Shown: positions 42,001-55,649 of the stretch, in pieces
Layout: every line of letters begins with the position of its first letter
Numbering within the stretch: the first letter of the stretch is position 1
Assembly: GCA_964016885.1 (NCBI GenBank)
Contig: OZ024746.1
Coordinates: 29,636,001-29,700,000 of the forward strand
Origin: Eledone cirrhosa
Taxonomy: Eukaryota
Length of the DNA stretch: 64,000 nt
Direction of reading: 5' to 3'
Translations under genes and position numbers: made by a program
The notes under the pieces: generated by a model
Seen by the model: only the letters and a program-made list of their open reading frames with translations
What the model was told of the DNA's origin: nothing
Database searches by the model: none

Positions 42001-45000
42001 TGTTGTAGTTACTGTTGTAGTTATTGTTGTAGTTACTGTTGTTGTTACTGTTGTAGTTACTGTTGTTGTTACTGTTGTAGTTATTGTTGTAGTTACTGTT
42101 GTAGTTACTGTTGTAGTTACTGTTGTAGTTACTGTTGTAGTTATTGTTGTAGTTACTGTTGTAGTTACTGTTGTAGTTAATGTTGTGGCTACTGTTGTTG
42201 TTACTGTTGTAGTTACTGTTGTAGTTACTGTTGTAGTTATTGTTGTAGTTACTGTTGTAGTTAATGTTGTAGTTACTGTTGTAGTTACTGTTGTAGTTAC
42301 TGTTGTAGTTACTGTTGTAGTTACTGTTGTAGTTAATGTTGTAGTTACTGTTGTAGCTACTGTTGTAGTTACTGTTGTAGTTACTGTTGTAGTTACTGTT
42401 GTAGTTAATGTTGTGGCTACTGTTGTTGTTACTGTTGTAGTTATTGTTGTAGTTACTGTTGTAGTTACTGTTGTAGTTACTGTTGTAGTTACTGTTGTAG
42501 TTACTGTTGTGGCTACTGTTGTAGTTACTGTTGTAGTTACTGTTGTAGTTAATGTTGTAGTTAATGTTGTAGTTACTGTTGTAGTTATTGTTGTAGTTAT
42601 TGTTGTAGTTACTGTTGTAGTTAATGTTGTAGTTACTGTTGTAGCTACTGTTGTAGTTACTGTTGTAGTTATTGTTGTAGTTACTGTTGTAGTTACTGTT
42701 GTAGTTACTGTTGTAGTTACTGTTGTAGTTACTGTTGTAGTTATTGTTGTAGTTACTGTTGTAGTTACTGTTGTAGTTACTGTTGTGGCTACTGTTGTAG
42801 TTACTGTTGTAGTTACTGTTGTAGTTATTGTTGTAGTTACTGTTGTAGTTACTGTTGTAGTTACTGTTGTAGTTACTGTTGTAGTTATTGTTGTAGTTAC
42901 TGTTGTAGTTACTGTTGTAGTTACTGTTGTAGTTACTGTTGTAGTTACTGTTGTAGTTATTGTTGTAGTTACTGTTGTAGTTACTGTTGTTGTTACTGTT
43001 GTAGTTACTGTTGTAGTTACTGATGTAGTTACTGCTCTAGTTACTGTTGTAGTTACTGTTGTAGTTACTGTTGTAGTTACTGTTGTAGTTACTGTTGTAG
43101 TTACTGTTGTAGTTACTGTTGTAGCTACTGTTGTAGTTACTGTTGTAGTTACTGTTGCTGTTACTGTTGTAGTTACTGTTGTAGTTACCGTTGTAGTTAC
43201 TGTTGTAGTTACTGTTGTAGTTACTGTTGTAGTTACTGTTGTAGTTATTGTTGTAGTTACTGTTGTAGCTACTGTTGTAGTTACTGTTGTAGTTACTGTT
43301 GTAGTTATTGTTGTAGTTACTGTTGTAGTTACTGTTGTAGTTATTGTTGTAGTTACTGTTGTAGTTACTGTTGTAGTTACTGTTGTAGTTACTGTTGTAG
43401 TTAATGTTGTAGTTACTGTTGTAGTTGCTGTTGTAGTTACTGTTGTAGTTATTGTTGTAGTTACTGTTGTAGTTACTGTTGTAGTTACTGTTGTAGTTAC
43501 TGTTGTAGTTACTGTTGTAGTTACAGTTGTTGTTACTGTTGTAGTTACTGTTGTAGTTACTGTTGTAGTTACTGTTGTAGTTACTGTTGTAGTTACTGTT
43601 GTAGTTATTGTTGTAGTTACTGTTGTAGTTACTGTTGTAGTTATTGTTGTAGTTACTGTTGTAGTCACTGTTGTAGTTACTGTTGTAGTTACTGTTGTAG
43701 TTACTGTTGTTGTTACTGTTGTAGTTATTGTTGTAGTTACTGTTGTTGTTACTGTTGTAGTTACTGTTGTAGTTACTGTTGTAGTTACTGTTGTAGTTAT
43801 TGTTGTAGTTACTGTTGTAATTACTGTTGTAGTTACTGTTGTAGTTACTGTTGTAGTTACTGTTGTAGTTACTGTTGTTACTGTTGTAGTTACTGTTGTA
43901 GTTATTGTTGTAGTTACTGTTGTAGTTACTGTTGTAGTTACTGTTGTAGTTACTGTTGTAGTTACTGTTGTAGTTACTGTTGTAGTTACTGTTGTTGTTA
44001 CTGTTGTAGTTACTGTTGTAGTTACTGTTGTAGTTACTGTTGTAGTTACTGTTGTAGTTACTGATGTAGTTACTATTGTAGTTACTGTTGTAGTTACTGT
44101 TGTAGTTACTGTTGTTACTGTTGTAGTTACTGTTGTAGTTATTGTTGTAGTTACTGTTGTAGTTACTGTTGTAGTTACTGTTGTAGTTACTGTTGTAGTT
44201 ACTGTTGTTACTGTTGTAGTTACTGTTGTAGTTATTGTTGTAGTTACTGTTGTAGTTACTGTTGTAGTTACTGTTGTAGTTACTGTTGTAGTTACTGTTG
44301 TTGTTACTGTTGTAGTTACTGTTGTAGTTACTGTTGTAGTTACTGTTGTAGTTACTGTTGTAGTTACTGTTGTAGTTACTGTTGTAGTTACTGTTGTAGT
44401 TACTGTTGTAGTTACTGTTGTAGTTACTGCTGTAGTTACTGCTGTAGTTACTCTTGTAGTTACAGTTGTAGTTACTGTTGTAGTCACTGTTGTAGTTACT
44501 GTTGTAGTTACTGTTGTAGTTACTGTTGTAGTTACTGTTGTGGCTACTGTTTTTGTTACTGTTGTTGTTAATGTTGTAGTTACTGTTGTAGTTACTGTTG
44601 TAGTTACTGTTGTAGTTACTGTTGTAGTTACTGTTGTAGTTACTGTTGTAGGCACTGTTGTAGTTACTGTTGTAGTTACTGTTGTAGTTATTGTTGTAGT
44701 TACTGTTGTAGTTACTGTTGTAGGCACTGTTGTAGTTACTGTTGTTGTTACTGTTGTAGTTACTGTTGTAGTTACTGTTGTAGTTACTGTTGTTGTTACT
44801 GTTGTAGTTACTGTTGTAGTTACTGTTGTAGTTACAGTTGTACTTATTGTTGTAGTTACTGTTGTAGTTACAGTTGTACTTATTGTTGTAGTTACTGTTG
44901 TAGTTACTGTTGTAGTTACTGTTGTAGTTACTGTTGTAGTTACTGTTGTAGTTACTGTTGTAGTTACTGTTGTTGTTAATGTTGTAGTTACAGTTGTACT

Positions 45001-45880
45001 TATTGTTGTAGTTACTGTTGTAGTTACAGTTGTACTTATTGTTGTAGTTACTGTTGTAGTTACTGTTGTAGTTACTGTTGTAGTTACTATTGTAGTTACT
45101 GTTGTAGTTACTGTTGTAGTTACTGTTGTAGTTACTGTTGTGGCTACTTTTGTAGTTACAGTTGTAGTTACTATTGTAGTTACTGTTGTAGTTACTGTTG
45201 TAGTTACTGTTGTAGTTACTGTTGTAGTTACTGTTGTAGTTATTGTTGTAGTTGCTGTTGTAGTTACTGTTGTAGTTACTGTTGTAGTTACTGTTGTAGT
45301 TACTGTTGTAGTTACTGTTGTAGTTACTGTTGTAGTTACTGTTGTAGTTACTGTTGTAGTTACTGTTGTAGTTACTGTTGTAGTTACTGATGTAGTTACT
45401 GTTGTAGTTACTGTTGTAGTTATTGTTGTAGTTACTGTTGTAGTTACTGTTGTAGTTACTGTTGTGGCTACTTTTGTAGTTACTGTTGTAGTTAATGTTG
45501 TAGTTACTGTTGTAGTTACTGTTGTAGTTACTGTTGTAGTTACTGTTGTAGTTACTGTTGTAGTTATTGTTGTAGTTACTGTTGTAGTTACTGTTGTAGT
45601 TACTGTTGTAGTTACTGTTGTAGTTACTGTTGTAGTTACTGTTGTAGTTACTGTTGTAGTTACTGTTGTAGTTACTGATGTAGTTACTGTTGTAGTTACT
45701 GTTGTAGTTATTGTTGTAGTTACTGTTGTAGTTACTGTTGTAGTTACTGTTGTAGTTACTGTTGTAGTTACTGTTGTAGTTAATGTTGTAGTTACTGTTG
45801 TAGTTACTGTTGTAGTTAATGTTGTAGTTACTGTTGTAGTTACTGTTGTAGTTATTGTTGTAGTTACTGTTGTAGTTACT
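39097..45880. repeat. 12-bp satellite (gttactgttgta)n, ~6.8 kb
   Basis: About 565 units estimated from length; reads VVVT(+), TTTV and NSNY(-). Confidence 0.97.
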
Positions 45881-46329
45881 TTTGTTGCTGTTGTTTCTGT
45901 TGCTGTCGTTGTTGATGCTGCTGTTGATACCGTTGTTGCTATCGTTACTGTTGTTGCTGAAGTTGTTGTCTCTTGTTTTTGTTGTTGTTGTTACTGTTGT
46001 TGTTGCCACTGTTACTATTATTATTGTTGTTGCTACTGTCACTGTTTTGTTGTTAGTTGTACTGTTGTCACTCTTGTTGCTGTTGCTGTTGTCACTGTTG
46101 TTGTAAATACTGTTGTTGTTGTTGTTGTTACTGTTGTTGATGGTATCAGTGTTTTGTTGTTACTGTTGTTGTTGGTATCACTGTTGTTGTTGTTACTGTT
46201 GTTGTTGGTATCACTGTTTTGTTTTTACTGTTGTTGTTGGTATCACTGTTTTGTTTTTTACTGTTGTTGTTGTCACTGTTGCTTTTGTTGTTATTTTTTG
46301 TTATTACATTCTAAGTTGAAGTGGCAATT

Positions 46330-47100
46330 GTGACATACAGACACGGCACAAACACACACACACACGCACACACGCACACACGCACACACGCACACACAGA
46401 TGGAACACACATATACACACACCAACAGATGGAACACACATATACACATACAGACATATAGACACACGGCACAAACATACAGACACATATATAGATGGCA
46501 CGTACATACACACACACAGACAGCACACAGATCTACACTGACACACATACACAGTCAGACGGCATACACAGGCATATAGACAAACACACAGACACACCCA
46601 CAGAGAGACGGCATACAGACACACACAAATATACGGAGACACATCCAAACAGACACAGACACACACACACAGACAGGCGATATATAAAAACACAAACATG
46701 TAGACACACACACACAGATTGCATACACACACATAGACACACACACAGATATATAGATACGGACAGGCGACCCACATACACAGACCCACATACATATGCA
46801 CAAACACTGGCACACACAGGCACACACACACTAACAGAGACACATAGACACACAGACACATAGACAAATAGACACAGATAGGTGACATACACAGAAAACA
46901 CACACATTGCGACACAGACACACAGACACAAATATACACACATAGATACATATAGTCACACATAGGTAGAGGCTCGCAGCTCACACATAAAAACAAGCAC
47001 TCGCGCAATGATACACACAGTTAGACACACGCACACATACACATAGACACACCTACACACACACACACACTCACACACACTCACACACACTCACGCTCAT
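46330..47100. repeat. Degenerate (CA)n-rich low-complexity tract
   Basis: acacacag/acat repeats. Confidence 0.85.
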
Positions 47101-47127
47101 ATACAACTATTCTTTTATTATTTTATT

Positions 47128-47478
47128 GAGGGAGATGGATTGGCAGTATCAGTAGAGGGTCGGAGGCCATGCTTTGACGCATAGAGCTAGGTCCCTTGCG
47201 CAATGGATAAAATAAAGTACCAGTAATGTACTGAGTATTTGCTGGCCTTGTGCCGAAAGTAGAAACAATTATTATTTTATGAAGGGCGGTGAATTGGCAG
47301 TATCGGTAGAGGGTTGGATGCCATGCTTTCTAGCATAGTTACGTCCCTTTACGGTCTGAGTTCAAATCCCGCCGAGGTTAACTTTGCCTTTCATCCTCAC
47401 GGGGTCGATGAAATAAAGTACCAGTAATGCACTGTGTAATTGCTGGCCTTGTGCCAAAAGTAGAAACAATTATTTTAT
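47128..47478 (+). mobile_element. Two tandem SINE family 1 copies
   Basis: Two successive ttggcagtatcrgtagagggt...ggccttgtgccraaagtagaaacaatt units. Confidence 0.75.
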
Positions 47479-47487
47479 TGATTTCGT

Positions 47488-47836
47488 TATACCACTGATG
47501 ATATTACAGGTATGTGATGAAAGAACTTTCATGGACTATTTATATATATTTATATCTCTATTTTTAACTGGAAGTCAATCAATAATAAACATTGATTGCC
47601 AGCTAAATTAAGTATAGAGATATAAAATACACGGAAGCGAAAATCAACCTAAATCAACAGCGATTGTGTTTTATTATATATTTCTGGCAATTGTACCAGT
47701 AATACACTGAATGATCCTGGCCTTGTGCCAAACGTAGAAACAAATATTATAACAATATGACCCCCCTGAAATATAACAATATTTATTTCAATACAGGATT
47801 TCATATAAAAAACCTTTCAAAACAAATTCATCGCCG
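47488..47836 (+). mobile_element. Family G pLTR copy interrupted by a SINE fragment
   Basis: CUGAUGA-U AUUACA GGUA UGUGAU-GAAA-GAAC-UU at ~47495-47528; tail encodes MTPLKYNNIYFNTGFHIKNLSKQIHRR. Confidence 0.7.
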
Positions 47837-47864
47837 TATATATATATATATATATGTACGTATG

Positions 47865-48118
<254 letters not shown>

Positions 48119-48119
48119 A

Positions 48120-48229
<110 letters not shown>

Positions 48230-48246
48230 TTATATATATATTTATT

Positions 48247-48393
<147 letters not shown>

Positions 48394-48394
48394 T

Positions 48395-48517
<123 letters not shown>

Positions 48518-48719
48518 AGATAAATCTACCAGAATATATGGTAGTGTCCAATCCGTATGAAGAACTCAATGTAATCCAAATATCATGAAAAGAGAAGATG
48601 CATTCAAAAATTTTCGATGAAAATCACAGGAAAACAGAGTCAAGATAAATTAATAAAAACAATGAATAAAAACAAAGAACAAGTTCCTTATATTAAAAAT
48701 ATCATCATATATATATATA

Positions 48720-49064
48720 CAATAGAATATAGGAGAGGGTTGAACACCAATACAAGTATACATGTATTCGAATTGCAAATGACCAAGTTAGCTATGTTGA
48801 AAAATACTAATTTAAAATAATGTGGTTTGCCTGTCTCGATTTAAAGTAATAAATCAATAAAAATAACAAACCTATATTGGGCAATCGCCGTTTGATACCC
48901 GGACAGATCTAACTTGGTTATTTACAATTCGAACACAGGTATACTTGTATTGGTGTTCATTCCTCTCATACATACATTCGATTGTATTACACGGCTCGGA
49001 AAGATTCCCTTCCTTGAACTATTTAATGGTAAAAGACTATTTTGAGTTTCTGACTCAAAATATG

Positions 49065-49065
<1 letters not shown>
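48720..49065. repeat. Family M asymmetric inverted-repeat element
   Basis: ~48720-48792 is inverted to ~48909-48986; the right arm has an ~80-nt extension. Confidence 0.75.
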
Positions 49066-49140
<75 letters not shown>

Positions 49141-49143
49141 ATA

Positions 49144-49197
<54 letters not shown>

Positions 49198-49225
49198 TAT
49201 GTGTGTGTGTGTGAATATATATATG

Positions 49226-49261
<36 letters not shown>

Positions 49262-49297
49262 CATATATATATCCTCACACACACACACACACACACT

Positions 49298-49368
<71 letters not shown>

Positions 49369-49600
49369 TACTTTACAATCTACAAACATATATCATCGAC
49401 ACTGAAGTCAAACAAAGATCTATAATCTTCAGAATGTATTGAATGATTTTCATTCGTGATTTTAATTTAAGTAATCGTTATTTCTGCAGGCATCACAGAA
49501 CGAAAAATCATAAATATGCTTCAATTGGTAGTTGTAAATGTTCTTGGTCGATTTAAAAAAAAAACATTTCCATAGCCGGGGAGGTTTTAATGAAAAGCGT

Positions 49601-49677
<77 letters not shown>

Positions 49678-49679
<2 letters not shown>

Positions 49680-50108
49680 AAAGTTCTATTTAAAGTTATT
49701 GGGATACAACAAGTAAATATATTTATAACCGACATAAAGCACTCGACAAATTTTTGGAGTAGATATACGATATTAATAAATGGAAACTATATTTATAAAA
49801 CCATATTTATTTCAATTTCATTATACATATTTCAGGGATACCACATTAAATTATGGTATGCCTTCATCAGATAAAATACAATATATAACAGTTTTACAAA
49901 TAGGTTTGACGTACCCTTTAAAATACAACCATTACCAGCCTCCAAAAGTAATGGTTGTATTTTAAAGGGTACGTCAAACCTATTTGTAAAACTGTTATAT
50001 ATTGTATTTTATCTGATGAAGGCATACCATAATTTAATGTGGTATCCCTGAAATATGTATAATGAAATAAATATGGTTTTATAAATATAGTTTCCATTTA
50101 TTAATATC

Positions 50109-50110
<2 letters not shown>
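49678..50110. mobile_element. Family B asymmetric inverted element
   Basis: Near-perfect arms ~49766-49935 and 49952-50112; hammerheads at ~49815-49878(-) and 50005-50069(+). Confidence 0.88.
50005..50069 (+). ncRNA. Type I hammerhead ribozyme (family B)
   Basis: UAUUUUAU-CUGAUGA-AGGCAUACCA..UGGUAUCCCU-GAAA-UAUGUA-UA-AUGAAAUA. Confidence 0.82.
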
Positions 50111-50147
<37 letters not shown>

Positions 50148-50368
50148 AAGGTTAAACAAGGTTCAATGAATAAATCAAAGAATAAAGTTTTACAATAGAT
50201 TAGAAGCACTCCACAGCAATGGTTTTCCGGAGTTATTAATATTAATTCAAAATATTAACAAAAATAGACATTCGTGTGATCAAGTATATTTTATTATACA
50301 TATTTCAGAGGTACAGAAATATATATAATAAATAATATATATATAAACATATATATATATATATATAT

Positions 50369-50557
50369 GTTTATCCCGGGTTCACTCGCGGGTAACCACA
50401 GTAAGTAAGGTACTCAATACAAATCAGAGTTTATATATTTAATATAGAAAGTCTTCTACAGGACTAGAACTGTTTCATTCGGGCGAAATCACTAGGAAGC
50501 TTCCTGATGATTTTTCCCGAATGAAATAGTTCTAGTCCTGTAGAAGCCTTTCTATAT

Positions 50558-50560
<3 letters not shown>
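50369..50560. mobile_element. Family C asymmetric inverted element
   Basis: Homologous to 20218-20390, here with the tail on the left arm. Confidence 0.8.
50499..50547 (+). ncRNA. Type I hammerhead ribozyme (family C)
   Basis: GCUUC-CUGAUGA-UUUUUCCCGAAU-GAAA-UAG UUCUAGUC CUG-UA-GAAGC; weak stem II. Confidence 0.75.
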
Positions 50561-50610
<50 letters not shown>

Positions 50611-50760
50611 TTATATATATATAGTGCGTGTCTGTGCGTGTGTGTGTGTGTGTGTAAACATAAACTATAGCACAAATGGTACAGTATAGGACATGAATAT
50701 ATTAGTTTAACGCTTGAAATAGCAGGAAGGGGGTCTTAACGTTTCGGACGCTAGTCCTTT

Positions 50761-50838
<78 letters not shown>

Positions 50839-51013
50839 TATATATTAGTGTGTGTGTGTGTGTGCGCGTGTGTGTGCGTGTGGTTGTTTGTTTGTTTGTT
50901 TGTGTGTGTGCGTCTATGTGTATGTATATAGTAAGAGGTTCGATAGCAGCTGAAGTGTGTGATAAAGTTATATCTGTATACATACAGAGCGTAACCGAGA
51001 CTGCACCAACGTG

Positions 51014-51044
<31 letters not shown>

Positions 51045-51108
51045 TTAATTTGTAGCCATGTAAACAAAAAAAAAAAATGAAACTCCCTGTAAATTGAAAG
51101 AATGATAA

Positions 51109-51163
51109 ACATCTTTAATCGATTTTCGGAACTCTCATCTATTGAATCCTCATCAGAAGACGT
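51109..51163 (-). ncRNA. Type I hammerhead ribozyme
   Basis: ACGUCUU-CUGAUGA-GGAUUC..GAGUUCC-GAAA-AUCGAU-UA-AAGAUGU; 7-bp stem I and palindromic AAUCGAUU stem III. Confidence 0.87.
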
Positions 51164-51320
51164 GTATATCATACAATCAATCCCATGGTAACATGTATTT
51201 GATAGGTATGTATACCCTTTGACTCTTAGGATTATTCACAAGTAGTCACACTAAATTAGCTATAAGTAGCGTAGCGCACGTATTAGAAGATATTTATATT
51301 ATATACATATATATACATTC

Positions 51321-51754
51321 TTTGAACGGCATTTTCTTCATCACCGCCCACGGCACGTCCACATTTTGTTGATTTGTTGAAGAGATTAGCGTTCCTAAAC
51401 AAGATTTGTCTTTAACATTTTCTCGAATCTATTCGAAAGCTTTGTGCCATTTAAAAGCCTTACTTTTCGAGAGAGTGGCCGCTCCATTGGCTTATGTTAA
51501 AGAATAACATATTTTGGTGGCAGATTTGTTGAGTTTCATACAAAATTTGCCCGCATACCCTTGTTCGATATTTTCCTGCATCGTAAACGTAAGAGGTTTT
51601 AAACACGTTTGTACATAAACAGCAATAACTCACAACTGACTCAATCGATCATGTTGAAATAACTATGTCCATGCAACCAACGTCATAACCAACACGCCGA
51701 GGGGCTGCGTTACCCTGTCGTACACAGTACCCTTATTTTGATACTAACCTCGTG
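51321..51754 (-). mobile_element. Mariner transposon 5' remnant (TIR-like end plus N-terminal HTH pseudogene)
   Basis: ATG at 51581 (minus): MQENIEQGYAGKFCMKLNKSATK...TLSKSKAFKWHKAFE*IRENVKD...ISSTNQQNV; TIR-like cgaggttagtatcaaaa near TA. Confidence 0.85.
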
Positions 51755-51790
51755 TATACATACACACATCCACACACGCGCGCGCGCGCA

Positions 51791-51925
<135 letters not shown>

Positions 51926-52052
51926 TTTGCTAATTTGTTGTGGAACTCTCTCTCTCTCTGTATATATATTTTAACGGCTTGACAGCATGCGTTGGGCAGG
52001 AAGCGAAATATTTACTTACTATGGAGCTTGCAACCTTATGGTGTGGAAATAG

Positions 52053-52133
52053 GCTGTCTGAAGATTCATTTCTTTCCATTGTAAATTCTCTGGATTTCCA
52101 ATCTTTTGGAATGATGAAACCTTCGGTAACAGC
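52053..52133 (+). ncRNA. Type I hammerhead ribozyme
   Basis: GCUGU-CUGAAGA-U UCAUU...AAUGA U-GAAA-CCUUCGG-UA-ACAGC. Confidence 0.82.
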
Positions 52134-52522
52134 AATGAAACAGGTGATTATTTAAATCGTTTTTTAATATATTTAGAGAATTGTTTAATAACCGCCTGCT
52201 TCACTACTTTTTATATTGTTCTGGCATCTCGAATTAGTACCATTGAACCACAAGAATTATAAACAACTTGCATATTTCTACAAGTACATTGTACCTGTTG
52301 AGGTATTCATCCACTTTTATAATTTTTTCTCCTTATGTAGAGAACAAAACGTTGAATAATGCTGCTAATTTTAGTGGCAATATCAACATGTTTATAATAT
52401 ACAGCTATTATCAGCGACCTGATTTTGCGTGTGTGTCATTTTAACGGCTTGACAGCATGCGTTGGGCAGGAAGCGAAATATTTACTTACTATGGGGCTTG
52501 CAACCTTATGGTGTGGAAATAG

Positions 52523-52603
52523 GCTGTCTGAAGATTCATTTCTTTCCATTGTAAATTCTCTGGATTTCCAATCTTTTGGAATGATGAAACCGTCGGTAAC
52601 AGC
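52523..52603 (+). ncRNA. Type I hammerhead ribozyme (second pLTR)
   Basis: As 52053-52133 with stem III CCGUCGG. Confidence 0.82.
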
Positions 52604-52676
52604 AATGAAACAGGTGATTATTTAAATCGTTTTTTAATATATTTAGAGAATTGTTTAATAACCGCTTGCTTCGCTA

Positions 52677-52726
<50 letters not shown>

Positions 52727-52729
<3 letters not shown>

Positions 52730-53096
52730 ATAAATTAACGGAGCCATAGACTCTCGCCATTCCCTGTAAATAATGTGCTCAAAGGAGAGGGATCCTGAGC
52801 TCTTTAAAATACAATATGTTGAAAAGGTAAAACACTAGAGAGAGATACAGTGAGCTATCAATAACACAGGGAAAAACCACCAGTGTATCGAATCTATAAC
52901 CTATGAAAGGCAGACTATAGACACGATTTTATAGTTATAGACGTATTTATTTACGCTTTAATTTATATTTTTAATTATCGTGTCTATAGTCTGCCTTTCA
53001 TAGGTTATAGATTCCATACACTGGTGGTTTTTCCCTGTGTTATTGATAGCGCACTGTATCTCTCTCTCGTGTGTTACCTTTTCAACATATTGTATA
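52727..53096. repeat. Family E asymmetric inverted-repeat element in (TA)n
   Basis: ~52808-52927 is inverted to ~52977-53096; the left arm has an ~80-nt extension. Confidence 0.85.
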
Positions 53097-53155
53097 TATA
53101 TATATATATATATGATTTCTTATTTTTCGAAACTACTTTTCATAGAATATTTTTT

Positions 53156-53231
<76 letters not shown>

Positions 53232-53236
<5 letters not shown>

Positions 53237-53422
53237 AAAATGTTTAACTCCGACGGCAGAGTTCAAGCCGTACGACGGCTATTTCTGGACTGAAATAGCC
53301 GTCGAAACGGCTTGAGCTCTGCCGTCGGGGTTAAACATTTTCTTATTACCCACTCTACTACCCTAAGTATTGAGTACTCTGGTGCGTTATGGTCCATCTG
53401 GTTCCTTACCACACTTCCTTCG

Positions 53423-53425
<3 letters not shown>
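53232..53425. mobile_element. Family D asymmetric inverted element
   Basis: Same architecture as 10331-10520. Confidence 0.85.
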
Positions 53426-53465
<40 letters not shown>

Positions 53466-53470
<5 letters not shown>

Positions 53471-54120
53471 GAAATTGATTGACATAAATATATCTAAAAT
53501 AAACATATGAAACAATCACAGGGGATAATTTGTAAAAATCCTTAATTTATCTTAATTTTGGATATATATAAATACGGCCCCTTAATTGTAGAGCTAACTC
53601 GGTTGAAAGGACTTCACTGCTATTTCTAGTTGTCGATAACCCTATTCACACCACTGGGACGAAGCTGGTACGATGTGTGTATTTTTAGTAAATACAGCAC
53701 GTGTTGCTGGCCAGTCGCTGATTTGAATTTGATGCGTTAACACAGATGGTTGGACCTCTTCCTTGTTGAAAATCCAGGATCTGGCTACTGTCGTTTACCA
53801 ATCGATTAATTGGTGAAATATATTTCTTTAATGGAATATATACAAGGAAGATTAATCAATTTATAAGGTATCTATTTTTGAAATTCTAGTTAAACTTTAT
53901 TTAGTTACCTACCTAGCTATGTGTGCTTACACAGTTTTACAAATTATCCCCTGTGATTGATCCATATGTTTATTTTAGATATATCTATATGTCAATCAAC
54001 TTCTAGTTCATATAAAAGGATCTATTCATTAGAATCTTCGAGCATATTTTACGGGTGATATGGCGCATGTCTATCTGACATGACACCCTTAATTTATCTT
54101 AATTTTGGATATATATATAT
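53466..54120. mobile_element. Family F element with 5' inversion and terminal direct repeat
   Basis: 53466-53536 is inverted to ~53935-54009; ccttaatttatcttaattttggatatatata occurs at ~53540 and ~54087. Confidence 0.65.
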
Positions 54121-55649
54121 ATTCATACTTATTGGCACCAGTAATGTGATTTGTGATTGTTGTTTAACATAACATTTTGAAGACATCATGTTCTCTTTCT
54201 TTACAGATCAACACACTCAGACAATCCGCTTCAAAATTCACTAGATTTTCCTTTGTTTGTTCGATATCGATTTTTTTGTTTATACCTAAGATGGAGATTG
54301 TATTGCGTAGAATAAGAAAACGCAAACTATTTTTCTTAATGGCCCTTTCATACGTTAGTGACAAGACTGTCTAAAGTGACATATATTGGAATATGTGACA
54401 AATGCTAGACATGTAAAAGCTGAATGTCTACTGACGGAAATGAAATTCAAAACCAGCCAAGCGGTCAGAATCTCACACCAATGCCAGTTGCATTGAATTG
54501 GAAAAGACAATGTCTAGAAGGCAGGAAAGTTCTGCTGACTATCATGAACAGACATTAACTATCATCTATGTTATGTCACCGAAATTTCCGCTAGCAGCTG
54601 CAGGTTGTCTAAAAAAAGTGTGCCTTGATGTTGATTCAAAATTTTACCTCCAGGTAATATTGTACCATATTTCTAATGAAAGACTTTACCTATGATTTTC
54701 AGATGATTTCGAGATAAATTAAGAATTTGAAGAGATTTAGTAACATGATTAACATTCTTCCTCCTTATTAAGCTGGTGTTTGAAACATATAAAAGTGTCA
54801 TGTATTTCTTTTAGATAAATACAGACACTTAAAATTAAACAGATATGTATAAGGTGTAAATTGATCCATATACAATGTTTTCAAATGACGCTTCCGAATG
54901 TAGATATAAATCGAGTAATTTGAGTAGGGCTGTAAGTCGATTATATTGACGGCTAGAACTTATATTCCCTACCGGAAAGGATGAAAGGCTATGTTGTCAA
55001 CAATGTAGATTACACTTTATGATGTAATGAACCTGAATAATTACCGTAAATCATTTTGTTTGATTCTCGAAAGAATATAGCAAACTATAAACATGTATTT
55101 CGTGTCACAGAGTATTTGAAGCTGTGATTATGTCACAGCTATCTCATTATCGGAACAAGAGCGCTGGATACAAGTATTTCATTATTATTATAGTTCGTCA
55201 GCTCTCGCTTAATTATTCCGAGATAATAAGCGAACGAAAAACAATAACATAAATTTTGCAAACAAGCCAAGAAGAGTTTGTTCAACTTTGTAAATAAACT
55301 GCCGCCTTTGGTCTGGCACTTATTTATCCTCCTCGAAAAGATGAAAGGCTAATTAGACATTAACGGAATTTGAATCGGAACACATATTGAATAATCTAAT
55401 CCTACATTCTGGCAATTCTACTAATTCGCTGCCTTTGGTAATTCGTTAAAATAAAAGAAATCTGATGGTATTGATGATCGCCCCCTTCTAAACAAAAATA
55501 TGATATTTCGGTGCATTGAACTATCGATTAAAAAACACTGTAACTAGATATCAAACTGTTAATGATTGAATAATTAATCATGTGTGATCTATTGCAGCAC
55601 TTAACTAATGAGACTTGTACCGGTAAATATTTTAATTTATTCTATATTT

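Larger units (their letters stand above)
51968..52682 (+). mobile_element. Penelope-like pLTR-EN remnant-pLTR unit
   Basis: ~245-bp direct repeats at 51968-52212 and 52438-52682 (offset 470); spacer begins with degraded FWHLEL.TIEPQEL (W..L.T..P.GLN motif). Confidence 0.8.

Noticed and set aside
52880-52930. GAAA-GGCAGAC-UA-UAGACAC in family E as a hammerhead 3' half
   Set aside because: No CUGANGA upstream
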